Assembly: GCA_963833225.1 (NCBI GenBank)
Contig: CAWHXD010000017.1
Coordinates: forward strand, 288,001 to 352,000
Reading direction: 5' to 3'
DNA from: an uncultured Chloroflexia bacterium
Lineage (GTDB): Bacteria > Chloroflexota > Limnocylindria > Limnocylindrales > CSP1-4
Length of the DNA stretch: 64,000 nucleotides
The notes under the pieces were generated by a model, which saw only the letters and a list, made by a program, of their open reading frames with translations, had not been told where the DNA came from and searched no databases. Every line of letters starts with the position of its first letter. Positions within the stretch are counted from its first letter, which is position 1. Below are positions 1 through 9,047 of this stretch, piece after piece. Both the position numbers and the translations under genes were made by a program.

Positions 1-459
1 GAGCCCCCGCTCGGCCCGCAGCTCCTCGAGACGCAGGAGCGACTCCCCCACGTGCTCACCGTGGAGGACGACCTCCGCGCCGTAATCGAGGCACGCCGCG
101 ACCTTGGACTGGACCGCCCCCGCCGGCATCACCACCGTCATCGGCACGCCCGCCTCACGGGCCGCCCACGCGTATGCCTGGCCGGCGTTGCCGGCGGAGA
201 TCGTGATCGCGCCGTGCAGACGCTCCTGCGGGGTGAGCGACGAGATCCTCGACAGCGCCGCACGAGCCTTGAACGAGCCCGTCTTCTGGAGGTGGTCCGC
301 CTTGAGGTACAGGCGCCCATCCGCAAGCTGGGTGCCAACGCGATCCCCCGCCACCCGCGCGGCGGTCGTCGATGTCAGCATCGGGGTGTGGTGGATCCGC
401 TTGCCCAGCAGCGTCCGGGTCTCGCGGATGCCGGCAAGGGTCACGGGCGACTGGCTCAC
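1..459 (-). CDS. PLP-dependent threonine/serine ammonia-lyase, N-terminal part (runs off window)
   Basis: Manual translation: MSQSPVTLAGIRETR...IHHTPML...LYLKADHLQKTGSFKARAA...TISAGNAGQAYAWAA. Shows the PLP-lysine motif SFKxR and the SAGN loop. Confidence 0.85.
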   Translation of the reverse strand, partial: MSQSPVTLAGIRETRTLLGKRIHHTPMLTSTTAARVAGDRVGTQLADGRLYLKADHLQKTGSFKARAALSRISSLTPQERLHGAITISAGNAGQAYAWAAREAGVPMTVVMPAGAVQSKVAACLDYGAEVVLHGEHVGESLLRLEELRAERGL

Positions 460-551
460 GCCGCCGAGTATGGGGCCATCGCCCCGGCTCGCGCGACCGC
501 GCGACGCAGCTGTGACTTGCGTCCTTGCGCAAACAGTGAGAAACTGGCCGC

Positions 552-848
552 GTGATCGACATCATGGGCAGCACCGACGAGGATCGCAGCCGGTTTGCGG
601 CTGTGGCCCGGGCGCTCGGTGACCCCAAGCGGCTGTGCGTCCTGGAATCCCTCGCCGGTGGCGAGGCGTCCGTGGGCGAGCTCGCCACGCGGGTCAGCTG
701 CCAGGTGCCGAACATGAGCCAGCACCTCGCGGTGCTGCGCTCGGCCGGGCTCGTCACCGCTCGCCGCGATGGCAGCACGGTCTACTACCGCCTCGCGGAC
801 CCCAGGGTGCTCGAGGCCTATCGGGTTCTTCAAACCATCGCCCGCTGA
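552..848 (+). CDS. ArsR/SmtB family transcriptional regulator
   Basis: ALGDPKRLCVL...SVGELA...NMSQHLAVLRSAGLV...RDGSTVYYRL winged-helix signature. Confidence 0.9.
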   Translation: MIDIMGSTDEDRSRFAAVARALGDPKRLCVLESLAGGEASVGELATRVSCQVPNMSQHLAVLRSAGLVTARRDGSTVYYRLADPRVLEAYRVLQTIAR

Positions 849-896
849 ACGGGACGAGACAGGTCCGCCGTCCTGGCGGAAGAAAGGAGCCGCCCC

Positions 897-1241
897 TTGG
901 CGGAGATCAAGCAGGCGACTGACGATACGTTCGAGGCGCTGGTGCTCAACAACGACAAGCCGGTGGTGGTCGACTTCTGGGCCGCCTGGTGCGGGCCCTG
1001 CAAGATGGTCGCCCCCGAGATGGAGAAGCTGGCCGCCAAGTACGAGGGCGTGGTCGACGTGGTCAAGGTCGATGTCGACGCCAACCCGCGGTTGTCGCAG
1101 GCGTTCGGGATCATGAGCATCCCGACCATCGCGTGCTTCAAGCCAGGCGAGCAGCCCCAGGGCGTCGTCGGCTTCCGGCCGCTCGACCAGCTGGAGCAGG
1201 CGTTCGGCCTCACCGCGCTCGCGACGGCCCCGCAGAACTAG
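897..1241 (+). CDS. trxA: Thioredoxin
   Basis: VVDFWAAWCGPCK active site and SIPT cis-Pro loop; AAAGGAG RBS before the TTG start. Confidence 0.95.
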   Translation: MAEIKQATDDTFEALVLNNDKPVVVDFWAAWCGPCKMVAPEMEKLAAKYEGVVDVVKVDVDANPRLSQAFGIMSIPTIACFKPGEQPQGVVGFRPLDQLEQAFGLTALATAPQN

Positions 1242-1263
1242 CCTCTCCCTTCCCCAGCGTCCC

Positions 1264-1291
1264 ACGACCCTGGCCCGTCGGCCGGGGTCGT
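1264..1291. terminator. Hairpin between convergent genes, probable terminator
   Basis: ACGACCCTGGCC-cgtc-GGCCGGGGTCGT stem with one G.U pair. Confidence 0.55.
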
Positions 1292-1307
1292 TCCATGTCC
1301 AGCGCGA

Positions 1308-1706
1308 TCAGTCGCTGGCCGCCCGCCGGTGCGCCGATCGGATCCACGCCTCCGCGCGATCGAGCGCGAACCGGTCCACCACGATCGGCGTGAACGCAAT
1401 CCACCCGGCGCCACGTGGCGAGGTGAGCGTGTCCCCCGTCCGCAGCGCCGCCTTGGCGACCGCCGCATCCAGCGAGACCTCGAGCACGTCCGGCAACAGC
1501 ACGGCGAACGGCCGCCCGCCGGTCAGGTACGCGACCGACTCTCCATCCCGCACCCGCTCCACTCCGTCGAGGTCATCGACCACGGTCTCGACCCGCTCGT
1601 CCAGGGTCTCGTCGACCTCGGCCGCGGCCTCGAGCGCGGCGGCGGCCGCCTCGGACGGGTCAAGCGGCGCCGCATCGTCGACGTCGTCGGTCTCGTCGCC
1701 GGCCAT
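1308..1706 (-). CDS. Hypothetical protein with acidic N-terminus, weakly MmcQ/YjbR-like
   Basis: Coding-like segment MAGDETDD...GRPFAVL...GAGWIAF...AWIRSAHRRA of the 1308..2078 ORF. Confidence 0.6.
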   Translation of the reverse strand: MAGDETDDVDDAAPLDPSEAAAAALEAAAEVDETLDERVETVVDDLDGVERVRDGESVAYLTGGRPFAVLLPDVLEVSLDAAVAKAALRTGDTLTSPRGAGWIAFTPIVVDRFALDRAEAWIRSAHRRAASD

Positions 1707-1744
1707 CGGGTCGAAGTGCCCGTTGCCGGACCGCGGGCCGCCTG

Positions 1745-2230
1745 TCACGAGACAGCCGAGAGGATGGCCCGGAGGTCGGCGAGGTGCTCGTCGTAGTGCT
1801 CCGTGGTCTCGCCGAACAGCCACTCCTGGTTGGCGGCATGCTTGATCCAGCGCGACTCGGGGACCACCGTCAGGTAGCCGCGGAGCTCGCCGGCAACCTC
1901 GCCGAAGCGCGCCCGGAGCTCGTCGAGCGGCATCGCCCGATAGCGCTCCACAGCCTCGTCGTTGATCCGGTCCCGCGCCTCCGGTGACACCGACCACTCG
2001 GCCTCGAGTCGTTCCATCGTCGGGCTCCGCTCGCCGACCGCCAGCTCCTTGGCCGTCGCAAGGGCCTCCTCCTGGCACAGCAGGATGTGGCCGATCAGGT
2101 CTCGCCCGGACCAGCCGTGGGCGGCCTCCACCGGCGTCGAGAGCCGCTCGTCGGTCAGCGCGAGCAGCGCCTCATATCCGCGGAACGTATCGCGTTCGTC
2201 TTCGAGGAAGGAGAGGGCATCGAGATACAT
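1745..2230 (-). CDS. DinB-like four-helix bundle protein
   Basis: GWSGRDLIGHI and EHYDEHL His motifs. Confidence 0.8.
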   Translation of the reverse strand: MYLDALSFLEDERDTFRGYEALLALTDERLSTPVEAAHGWSGRDLIGHILLCQEEALATAKELAVGERSPTMERLEAEWSVSPEARDRINDEAVERYRAMPLDELRARFGEVAGELRGYLTVVPESRWIKHAANQEWLFGETTEHYDEHLADLRAILSAVS

Positions 2231-2278
2231 GACCGCATGGTAGTCCCGCTGTCGCGTCCCGATCCGCCGACCGGGCGG

Positions 2279-2620
2279 TCAGTTGAGGCGTTCCTGCCAG
2301 TCCGGGGGTACGCGGTCGGCCGGGCCGGGCCGGGCCTGGTCGAGTGGCCGGTTCAGTGGCGGCGCCAGCTCAGGCCCGTCCACGGGCTCGCCAGCGGCAA
2401 AGTCCCAGAACCAGTCCTCGCCGGGCTCGAAGCTCCGCGCCACCGGATGACCGGCGTCGGCGGCATGGCGGGTCGCGTGGCGGTTGGGCGAGGAGTCGCA
2501 GCAGCCGATGTGCCCGCAGGCGGCGCACCGGCGCAGGTTGAGCCACCAGCCGTCACCGGCCAGGCATTCCACGCAGCCGGTGCCGCTGGGCGGCACAGAG
2601 GGGTCGATCGGGACGGGCAT
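2279..2620 (-). CDS. UBP-type zinc finger protein
   Basis: CVECLAGDGWWLNLRRCAACGHIGCCDSSPNRHATRH...SFEPGEDWFW. Confidence 0.9.
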   Translation of the reverse strand: MPVPIDPSVPPSGTGCVECLAGDGWWLNLRRCAACGHIGCCDSSPNRHATRHAADAGHPVARSFEPGEDWFWDFAAGEPVDGPELAPPLNRPLDQARPGPADRVPPDWQERLN

Positions 2621-2741
2621 TCGGCACCTCGAAGCCTGCGGGTCGGGCCGAGCACCATGCATGGGACGCGCGGACCGGGCCGACCGTGCCCATCGTACGT
2701 GGTGGGCACGCCGCTGGTCGCGCGATGCTAGAGTCGCCTCG

Positions 2742-3443
2742 ATGAGCGACGACGTCCCGTTCCGCCTGCCGCCGGTGGACCCGTCCGTGGCCGACGATGT
2801 CCCCTCCGCCTCCCTGTCGCCCGAGCTGCTGGCCGCCCTGCTGGCCGACGGTGATGACGAGCTGGCGGCGTGGACCCTCCAGCACGCGATGGAGGACTCG
2901 TCGCGGACGGCGGTCTACGACGGGATCCTGCGCGATGCCATGACCCTCGTCGGCGAGAACTGGTCGACGGGCCGCTGGTCGGTGGCCGAGGAGCACCTCG
3001 CATCGCGCACGCTGCTCCGGACCCTCGATCGCATCGGCCCGGAGCTCGGGCCGGAGGGCCGCATCGGGTCGCTGGCCGTCCTCGCAGGCGTGGCCGGCGA
3101 GCAGCACATGATCGGGCTCGTCTGCCTCGAGCACACCCTCGCCGAGGACGGCTGGACCGTCGCGAATCTGGGAGCCGACCTGCCCGCCGCGGATCTCGGT
3201 ACGTTCGTGGCCCGCAACGAGATCGCCATCGTCTGCCTGTCCGCGCTCGATCGAGGCCTGGTGGGCAGCCTGGCCGATTCGGTGAAGGCGGTCAAGGACG
3301 CGAACGCCGGGATCCCCGTGATCGTGGGCGGGCAGATCGCCGCGGTGCCCGGCCTCGCAGCGACGGTGGGCGCCGACGGCGTCGTGCATTCGCTCGCCGA
3401 GGCGGTCGCTAGCGCGCGGAGTCACCGCCCGCGTCCGCCCTGA
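2742..3443 (+). CDS. Stand-alone cobalamin-binding protein (four-helix cap plus Rossmann domain, CarH/AerR-like)
   Basis: W-x9-EH ([12 protein letters not shown]), ExHxxG (EQHMIG), LS and IVGG motifs; no HTH. Confidence 0.85.
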   Translation: MSDDVPFRLPPVDPSVADDVPSASLSPELLAALLADGDDELAAWTLQHAMEDSSRTAVYDGILRDAMTLVGENWSTGRWSVAEEHLASRTLLRTLDRIGPELGPEGRIGSLAVLAGVAGEQHMIGLVCLEHTLAEDGWTVANLGADLPAADLGTFVARNEIAIVCLSALDRGLVGSLADSVKAVKDANAGIPVIVGGQIAAVPGLAATVGADGVVHSLAEAVASARSHRPRPP

Positions 3444-5247
3444 TGCAGACGGAGACCGGCTCCCGGTACTCCCCGAAGACCTCGCGCAGCACGCGGCATT
3501 GCTCGCCGAGGGTGGCATAGGCCTGGGCGCAGCGGATGAAATGCGGCATCAGGTTCGTCTCGCTTGTTCCGGGCCGTGACGCCGCCTCGCGCAGCCCGGC
3601 CAGGGCCGCCGCCACCGCGACCCCGTCACGGTCCGCCCGGACCCGGGCCAGGCGGGCCAGGTGGCGCTCCTCCGAGCCAGCGGGCACCGACAGCACGGGA
3701 ACCCGGATCGGCTCCGCGTTCACGTACCGGTTGACCCCGACGATCGCGCGCTCGCCGGCATCGAACTCGCGCTGGAAGCGGTACGCCGAGTCGGCGATCT
3801 CGCGCTGCGGATAGCCCTCCTCGATGGCCCTGGTCATCCCGCCACGCCGGTCGATCTCGTCGAGGTACCGCCAGACTTCGCGCTCGACCCGGTTGGTCAG
3901 GCTCTCGACAAACCACGAGCCTCCGAGCGGGTCCACGGTGGACGCCACGCCCGTCTCCTCGAAGATCACCTGCTGCTGCCGCAGCGCGAGCAGCGCGGCC
4001 TCGGCGGTGGGGACGGCGAGCGCCTCGTCGTAGGCATCCGTGTGGAGCGACTGCGTCCCACCCAGGATCGCGGCGAGGGCCTGGGTCGCGACGCGGGTCA
4101 GGTTGTTGAGCGGCTGCTGCGGGGTCAGCGATACGCCCGCGGTCTGGGTGTGGAAGCGCATCCATGTCGAGCGCTCGTTCTCCGCCCGGTAGCGCTCGCT
4201 CATCAGCTTCCACCAGATCCGGCGCGATGCCCGGAACTTGGCGATCTCCTCGAAGAAGTCCGAGTGGCTGTTGAAGAAGAAGGACAGCCGCGGGGCGAAG
4301 TCGTCAACCCGGAGTCCGCGAGCGATGGCCGCCTCGACGTAGGCCATGCCGTCGGCGATGGTGAACGCGAGCTCCTGGACGGCCGTCGAACCCGCTTCGC
4401 GGATGTGGTAGCCGCTGATGGACACGGTGTTCCAGCGCGGCAGCTCGCGCGTCCCGAACTCGATCGTGTCCACGACCAGGCGCATCGACGGCTCGGGCGG
4501 GAACAGGAACTCCTTCTGGGCAACGTACTCCTTGAGGATGTCGTTCTGGATCGTGCCCTCGAGCCGTGCCCGGGGCACGCCGGACTTCTCGGCCGCGACG
4601 ATGTACATCGCCCAGATCGGCGCCGCCGGCGCGTTGATCGTCATCGAGGTGCTCACGCGATCGAGCGGCAGGCCCTCGAGCAGCAGCTCCATGTCGGCGA
4701 GGCTGCTGACCGCGACGCCGCACGTCCCGAACTCGCCCTCGGCCTCCGGGTCGTCCGTGTCGTAGCCGTAGAGCGTCGGCATGTCGTAGGCGACCGACAG
4801 GCCGGTCTGGCCGGCGTCAAGCAGCTGGCGGAAGCGGGCGTTGGTGTCCTCCGCGCTGCCGAATCCGGCGAACATGCGCATGGTCCACGGTCGCGAGCGG
4901 TAGCCGGTGGGATGGATGCCGCGGGTGAACGGCGGCTCACCGGGCATGCCCAGGTCGCGGAGCAGGTCCGCGTCGGCGTAGGGGCCGGCGCCCGTGCGCA
5001 GTGGATCGCCATGGTGGTCGACGGCGGTCGGTCCGCCGGGACCCGGGTGCTCGTACGGGCCGGTGGGCGTCGTGCCGTGATCGGCGTCACCCGCCAGGTC
5101 CCACGGACCGTACAGGCCCTCGACCGGAAGATCGCCGAGGGTGGTGAATGCGTCGCGGCGCTCCGGCAGCCGGTCGAGCGAGGGGGCGAGGCGCTCGATG
5201 CGCCACATGCGGCGGCGCGAGGCCCAGGGGTCGGTGGGATCGCTCAT
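3409..5247 (-). CDS. Methylmalonyl-CoA/acyl-CoA mutase large (substrate-binding) subunit, without a B12 domain
   Basis: [53 protein letters not shown] motifs. The real stop is probably after EPVSV (~3443), obscured by one extra base. Confidence 0.92.
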   Translation of the reverse strand: MSDPTDPWASRRRMWRIERLAPSLDRLPERRDAFTTLGDLPVEGLYGPWDLAGDADHGTTPTGPYEHPGPGGPTAVDHHGDPLRTGAGPYADADLLRDLGMPGEPPFTRGIHPTGYRSRPWTMRMFAGFGSAEDTNARFRQLLDAGQTGLSVAYDMPTLYGYDTDDPEAEGEFGTCGVAVSSLADMELLLEGLPLDRVSTSMTINAPAAPIWAMYIVAAEKSGVPRARLEGTIQNDILKEYVAQKEFLFPPEPSMRLVVDTIEFGTRELPRWNTVSISGYHIREAGSTAVQELAFTIADGMAYVEAAIARGLRVDDFAPRLSFFFNSHSDFFEEIAKFRASRRIWWKLMSERYRAENERSTWMRFHTQTAGVSLTPQQPLNNLTRVATQALAAILGGTQSLHTDAYDEALAVPTAEAALLALRQQQVIFEETGVASTVDPLGGSWFVESLTNRVEREVWRYLDEIDRRGGMTRAIEEGYPQREIADSAYRFQREFDAGERAIVGVNRYVNAEPIRVPVLSVPAGSEERHLARLARVRADRDGVAVAAALAGLREAASRPGTSETNLMPHFIRCAQAYATLGEQCRVLREVFGEYREPVSVCIRADAGGDSAR

Positions 5248-5305
5248 GGTCGCCGACTCTAGCACCCGGTCCCGACGAGCTTCCGCCGGCCGGCGTCAAG
5301 GACTC

Positions 5306-5390
5306 GATCCGCGCCATCGTCGGCGCTCGGGTCCGCGCCCGGATCCGCGCCACACCATCGTCGGCGCTCGGGTCCGCGCCGGTATCCGCG
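5306..5390. repeat. Two-copy imperfect tandem repeat
   Basis: CCATCGTCGGCGCTCGGGTCCGCGCC at 5314-5339 and 5355-5380. Confidence 0.8.
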
Positions 5391-5611
5391 TTCCGTTGAC
5401 TGGGAGTCCTCGGAATCGCCGGCGCCGGCATCGGAGAGCCCGATCCGTTGGCTGGGAGCCACCGAAATCGCGGCCGGTGCCCACCAGTGCGGACTCCGGC
5501 GCAACGAAACCGGCGGATCGACGAGCCAAGCGGCGTTCGCGTGGACTGGCAGTCCACGCCCGGCGAGCCTGCGGCTTGGGCAACGCGACAGCGATCGATT
5601 GGCGATCAAGG

Positions 5612-6034
5612 CTACGGGTCGTCGCAGCTGACCATGTCGTCGGAGAAGTAGCCGCACGCGACCAGCACGGGCTCGCGGCCCTCCATCGTGAGCAGCGCGG
5701 CCCAACCGTCCTCCGGGAAATCCGCGCGTTCACTCCAATCCGGGGGCGCGTCGCGGACATCGACCGCGACCAGGCGCGCTGGCAGCGGCTCGGTGAACAC
5801 CAGGTCCCGGCTGAGGCGATCGGAGATCGAGATCCTGGTGTCGTGGCAGGCGGCTGCGCTCGACGTCGAACAGGTGACCGTCGGAGGCTGGAGCTCCCGG
5901 CAGAGCAGGAAGCCCGCAACGGCGAGGACACCGATGGCGACGACCAGCGCCCCCGCCAGCAGCCGCTGAGGCCCAACACGCCTGACGTCGTTGCCGTGCT
6001 CGAGTGGAGCGTGATCCGTGATCGTCACTCCCAT
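5612..6034 (-). CDS. Hypothetical membrane-anchored protein with Cys pairs
   Basis: One TM segment (LLAGALVVAIGVLAVAGFLLC) followed by a Cys-containing domain. Confidence 0.55.
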   Translation of the reverse strand: MGVTITDHAPLEHGNDVRRVGPQRLLAGALVVAIGVLAVAGFLLCRELQPPTVTCSTSSAAACHDTRISISDRLSRDLVFTEPLPARLVAVDVRDAPPDWSERADFPEDGWAALLTMEGREPVLVACGYFSDDMVSCDDP

Positions 6035-6117
6035 CCCCTGTCGCTGCTTCTCGCGCCGCCTATTGGCCACACCGTGATGAGACCGGCCTCACCGTGACAC
6101 CGGCGCTGCCGTGTCAC

Positions 6118-6732
6118 TCAGGGGGTGCCGAGGGTCTCCAGCAGGGCGGCCACCTTCGCGTCACCGAGATCCGCCGCGAGCAGGACCCGGACCACGTCCT
6201 CGCCCGCCACCTGCCAGGCGACAACCGTCTGGCCAGTGCCATCGGAGCCGAGGACGTCAAGCCGCTTCGCGGGAGTCCCTCCCACGGTCGTGTCGGAGCG
6301 CTGGAGCTTCTCCGTCCGGCGCGCGCTCTCGGCCGACAGGGCATAGAACTCCAGCATCTTCGTCGCGTCCAGGCCGTCCGCCTTGAACACGGCGAGGGTC
6401 AGGCCGCTCGTGCCGCCGGTCTGCCACGTCGCACCCGCGAACCGCAGCCCGGCGATCCCCGCATCGGCGAGCGATCCCAGCGCCTCGGGCGAGCAGACGC
6501 GGCCACTGTCCACGCTGTCCGGCGCTCGGCCCTCGTAGTCAGTGGCGAGCATGGCCTCGAGCTCCGGGTACGCACCCGGCTGCTGGCCCTCAGCGGGACA
6601 GGGAGCGGCTGGATCGAAGGTCACGACCACGGGATCGGACGCCGCGCAGGCGCCCAGCAGCAGCATGACGGCAAGCAGGCCGGCCGGGGCGAACAGGCTG
6701 GCCAGGAGGGGGCGGCGGCGATGTGTGGACAT
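6118..6732 (-). CDS. Putative lipoprotein
   Basis: Basic N-terminus, hydrophobic core and lipobox LLGAC. Confidence 0.75.
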   Translation of the reverse strand: MSTHRRRPLLASLFAPAGLLAVMLLLGACAASDPVVVTFDPAAPCPAEGQQPGAYPELEAMLATDYEGRAPDSVDSGRVCSPEALGSLADAGIAGLRFAGATWQTGGTSGLTLAVFKADGLDATKMLEFYALSAESARRTEKLQRSDTTVGGTPAKRLDVLGSDGTGQTVVAWQVAGEDVVRVLLAADLGDAKVAALLETLGTP

Positions 6733-6928
6733 TGCCGTGTGAGCGTACCGGCAGCGGCCTCAGCACGCCGGGCGGCGCGTCGCCACAGGGGGGCCGGTGG
6801 CCGTGTTGGCTCCCCCTTTGGTGCGCCCATGGCCGTCTGATGGTCCCGAGGGGTCCCCCGTCAGATGGTCCGGGCGGTGCGCGGGTGCGCCTGACCTTCG
6901 CTCGCCGCTGCCCCGGACGCGAGGCCCA

Positions 6929-6957
6929 TTGAGCCTCCATGGGTCGGCGGTTACGTT
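6929..6957 (+). promoter_or_regulatory. Candidate sigma70 promoter pointing into a non-coding region
   Basis: TTGAGC-N17-TACGTT. Confidence 0.45.
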
Positions 6958-7157
6958 GTCCCTGCGTTCGAAACGCGCCGACCCACGACGATCCGGGAGC
7001 ACCCTGGGGCGTCGGCCACGGATCGACCGGCCGGACAACTCGACCGTTGGGGACGCCTGACGGCACGGGGGTACCGTGCTCCGATCACGAGCCGAGTAAC
7101 TGGGCACCTCGGCCATCAGGCCCGGACGTACGAGGGCGGCTGCACTGATCAGGCGTC
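6935..7157 (+). ncRNA. Candidate structured ncRNA with a circularly permuted tRNA-like domain (two-piece-tmRNA-like or YrlA-like; 6S-like is an alternative)
   Basis: T-arm GCG-TTCGAAA-CGC (6964-6976), acceptor-like strands 6979-6985 and 7008-7014, GGATCGAC loop motif, helices 6942-61/7033-45 and 7052-60/7149-57; no convincing ORF. Confidence 0.45.
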
Positions 7158-7173
7158 ATCTGCACCCGTCATC

Positions 7174-7204
7174 TGCACCCCCGGTTCGTTGGGCCGGGGG
7201 TGCG
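7174..7204. terminator. GC-rich hairpin, probably a bidirectional terminator
   Basis: GCACCCCCGGTTC-gttg-GGCCGGGGGTGC; preceded by a 13-bp tandem duplication CGTCATCTGCACC (7154-7179). Confidence 0.55.
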
Positions 7205-7262
7205 TTCATGTCCCCGACGCCCCATCGCCGGTCGAGGGCGTCCGAACCGACGCGCGGCTTAG

Positions 7263-8289
7263 TGAAGTTCCCCGGTGAAGATGAGACTGGGTAGCGTGCC
7301 CTTCGAGGAGGGCACGGATGCCGGAGGTCAGGTCTCGGTCCTATGCGAACCCGCGGCGTCTGCCGCGCCGGAACCACTACCAGGAGGGCCCGGACTTCCT
7401 GTTCGTGGCGACGCAGGGTGGTCGTCCCCCTGACCTGGTCCTCGGGCCAGGCATCGCGGCGGTCGTTCGACGCCGCCGGGCCGCGCTCCGGCGCTGGGCG
7501 GAGGGAGTGCCGCTCGCCGGGATCTGCGCCGAGACCGGGTGCAGCCGGGCGAGCCTGTTCCGCTGGCGCACCCGCTTCGAGCAGGACGGTCTTGATGGAC
7601 TCCGGGATCGACCCCGGGTGGGACGACGGAGCGATCTGCCGCCCGCGCTCGAGCGGCTCATCCTCACCGTCCGCCTGCTGACCTACTGGAACAGCCGGCG
7701 GATCGCCGCCGAGTTCCGGAGGCGATCCGTCTGGCCGCTGACGCACGGCCAGGTCGACCGGGTCCTCGCCCGCCACGGGACGCACCGTCCGAGCTACGTC
7801 CGGACGCCGGGTCCGCGCTACGAGCGGGCCACCGTCAACGAGCTCTGGCACATCGACCTCAAGGGCCCGTTCTACTTCGTCGGGGCGACCGGCCTGGACA
7901 CCGTTCGTCGCGATCACCCGCACGATGCTCAGCCGCTTCCAGCGCAGCCTCTCCGAGCTCGCGATCCGCCACATCCGGACCCAGATCGACACGCCCTGGA
8001 CGAACGGCAAGATCGAGGCGTTCTGGCACACGCTTCAGGCGGAGGTCCTCGACCGCCAGCAGCTCGCCGATCTCGCCGCTGCCGAGGCGGCCGTCACCGG
8101 TTACGCCGGCTACTACAACTACCACCGGCTCCACGGCGAGCTCGACTGGCAGACACCGGCCGAGCGGTTCGACGGCACGCCGTTCACCGACCGCGGCTTC
8201 GGCAGCGTCCCGTCCCTCGCCGGCGTGGCCGCTCTACTCGACGCGATCCTGGCCGCCTGAGCCAGTCTCATCTTCACCGGGGAACTTCA
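7263..8289 (+). mobile_element. IS481-family insertion sequence, internally deleted (non-autonomous)
   Basis: Perfect 28-bp terminal inverted repeats (7263-7290 and 8262-8289) and a 5-bp target duplication CTTAG (7258-7262 and 8290-8294). Confidence 0.9.
7318..8260 (+). pseudogene. IS481-type DDE transposase pseudogene
   Basis: HTH (SRASLFRWRTRFEQDGLDGL) and ELWHIDLK, then a frame change at ~7893 into TPFV...NGKIEAFWHTL...YNYHRLH. The segment carrying the second catalytic Asp is missing. Confidence 0.85.
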
Positions 8290-8290
8290 C

Positions 8291-9028
8291 TTAGCGGTAG
8301 GGGTTCGACTGCCAGCCCGGCCGCGGCGGCCGGTGCACCCGCCTGATCCCACGGCGGTCCAATTCCGCCACGATCACCCGTGCCGCCATCGCAACGTCCG
8401 GCTGACGGACGATAGTGCTGGCGAGCCAGTCGATGTAGCTGGGCTCGAACGCCGCGATCTCGCCCAGCGTGTGGCCGTGGAACTTGCCGAAGGTGACCTC
8501 GGTCTCGAGCGCGTCGCTGAGCGCGGGCGGTTCTGGGGCCACGTGTCCAGCCCGGCGACCGCGCTCCATCGGGCCCGAGGGCTGCGAGGCGCGAAGCTCC
8601 GGTTCGGAGCGGTCATGGCGGAGCGGCGGCTGGCCCGTGAGCGAGAGCCGCAGCCCCGGCGGCGTCGTCGTCTGGTTCCGCGGATGGAATGTGGCGCTGG
8701 TGTCCACCCGTCCCGTCACCGGGCGGCTGCGGACGGCTGGGGGTGGACCACCGGCCTTCCATTGCGGATCCTGGGTGGCCGAGGTTCGGGCGCGGTCCGC
8801 CGGTGACCCGGGGCGGCGGCGCGGCTCATCGTCCGCTCCGGCACGCGTGAGGGCGGCGTAGGCGGCATTGATCTCGGCCATCCGCCGCGTGGCGCGCCGG
8901 GCGACGTCGGGATCGTCGCCGGTCAGGTCCGGGTGATGCCGGCGCGCGAGGGCACGCCAAGCAGCCTTGATGGCGTCGGGCGGGGTGCCCGGCGCGACGC
9001 CAAGCACGAGATGCGGATCCTTGGGCAC
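8291..9028 (-). CDS. J-domain (DnaJ-like) protein with C-terminal FGK..YIDW domain
   Basis: DPHLVLGV...HHPD...EINAAY J-domain; C-terminal VTFGKFHGHTLGEI...SYIDWL. Confidence 0.85.
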   Translation of the reverse strand: MPKDPHLVLGVAPGTPPDAIKAAWRALARRHHPDLTGDDPDVARRATRRMAEINAAYAALTRAGADDEPRRRPGSPADRARTSATQDPQWKAGGPPPAVRSRPVTGRVDTSATFHPRNQTTTPPGLRLSLTGQPPLRHDRSEPELRASQPSGPMERGRRAGHVAPEPPALSDALETEVTFGKFHGHTLGEIAAFEPSYIDWLASTIVRQPDVAMAARVIVAELDRRGIRRVHRPPRPGWQSNPYR

Positions 9029-9047
9029 GTGCCCGAGTGTATCGCCG

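Noticed and set aside
5262-5610. Cobalamin riboswitch upstream of the mutase
   Set aside because: No recognisable GGGAA, GCCACTG or B12-box elements in order, and the mutase has a -10 element 8 nt from its ATG.
6958-7073. Definite 6S RNA call
   Set aside because: The ends resemble a 6S closing stem (GUUCG/CGGC, GGGAGC), but a ~115-nt rod would leave too short an apical stem. Kept only as an alternative reading.
6939-7148. 69-aa ORF over the structured region
   Set aside because: No coding-like composition or RBS, and it overlaps a promoter-like motif and multiple helices; an RNA explanation is preferred.
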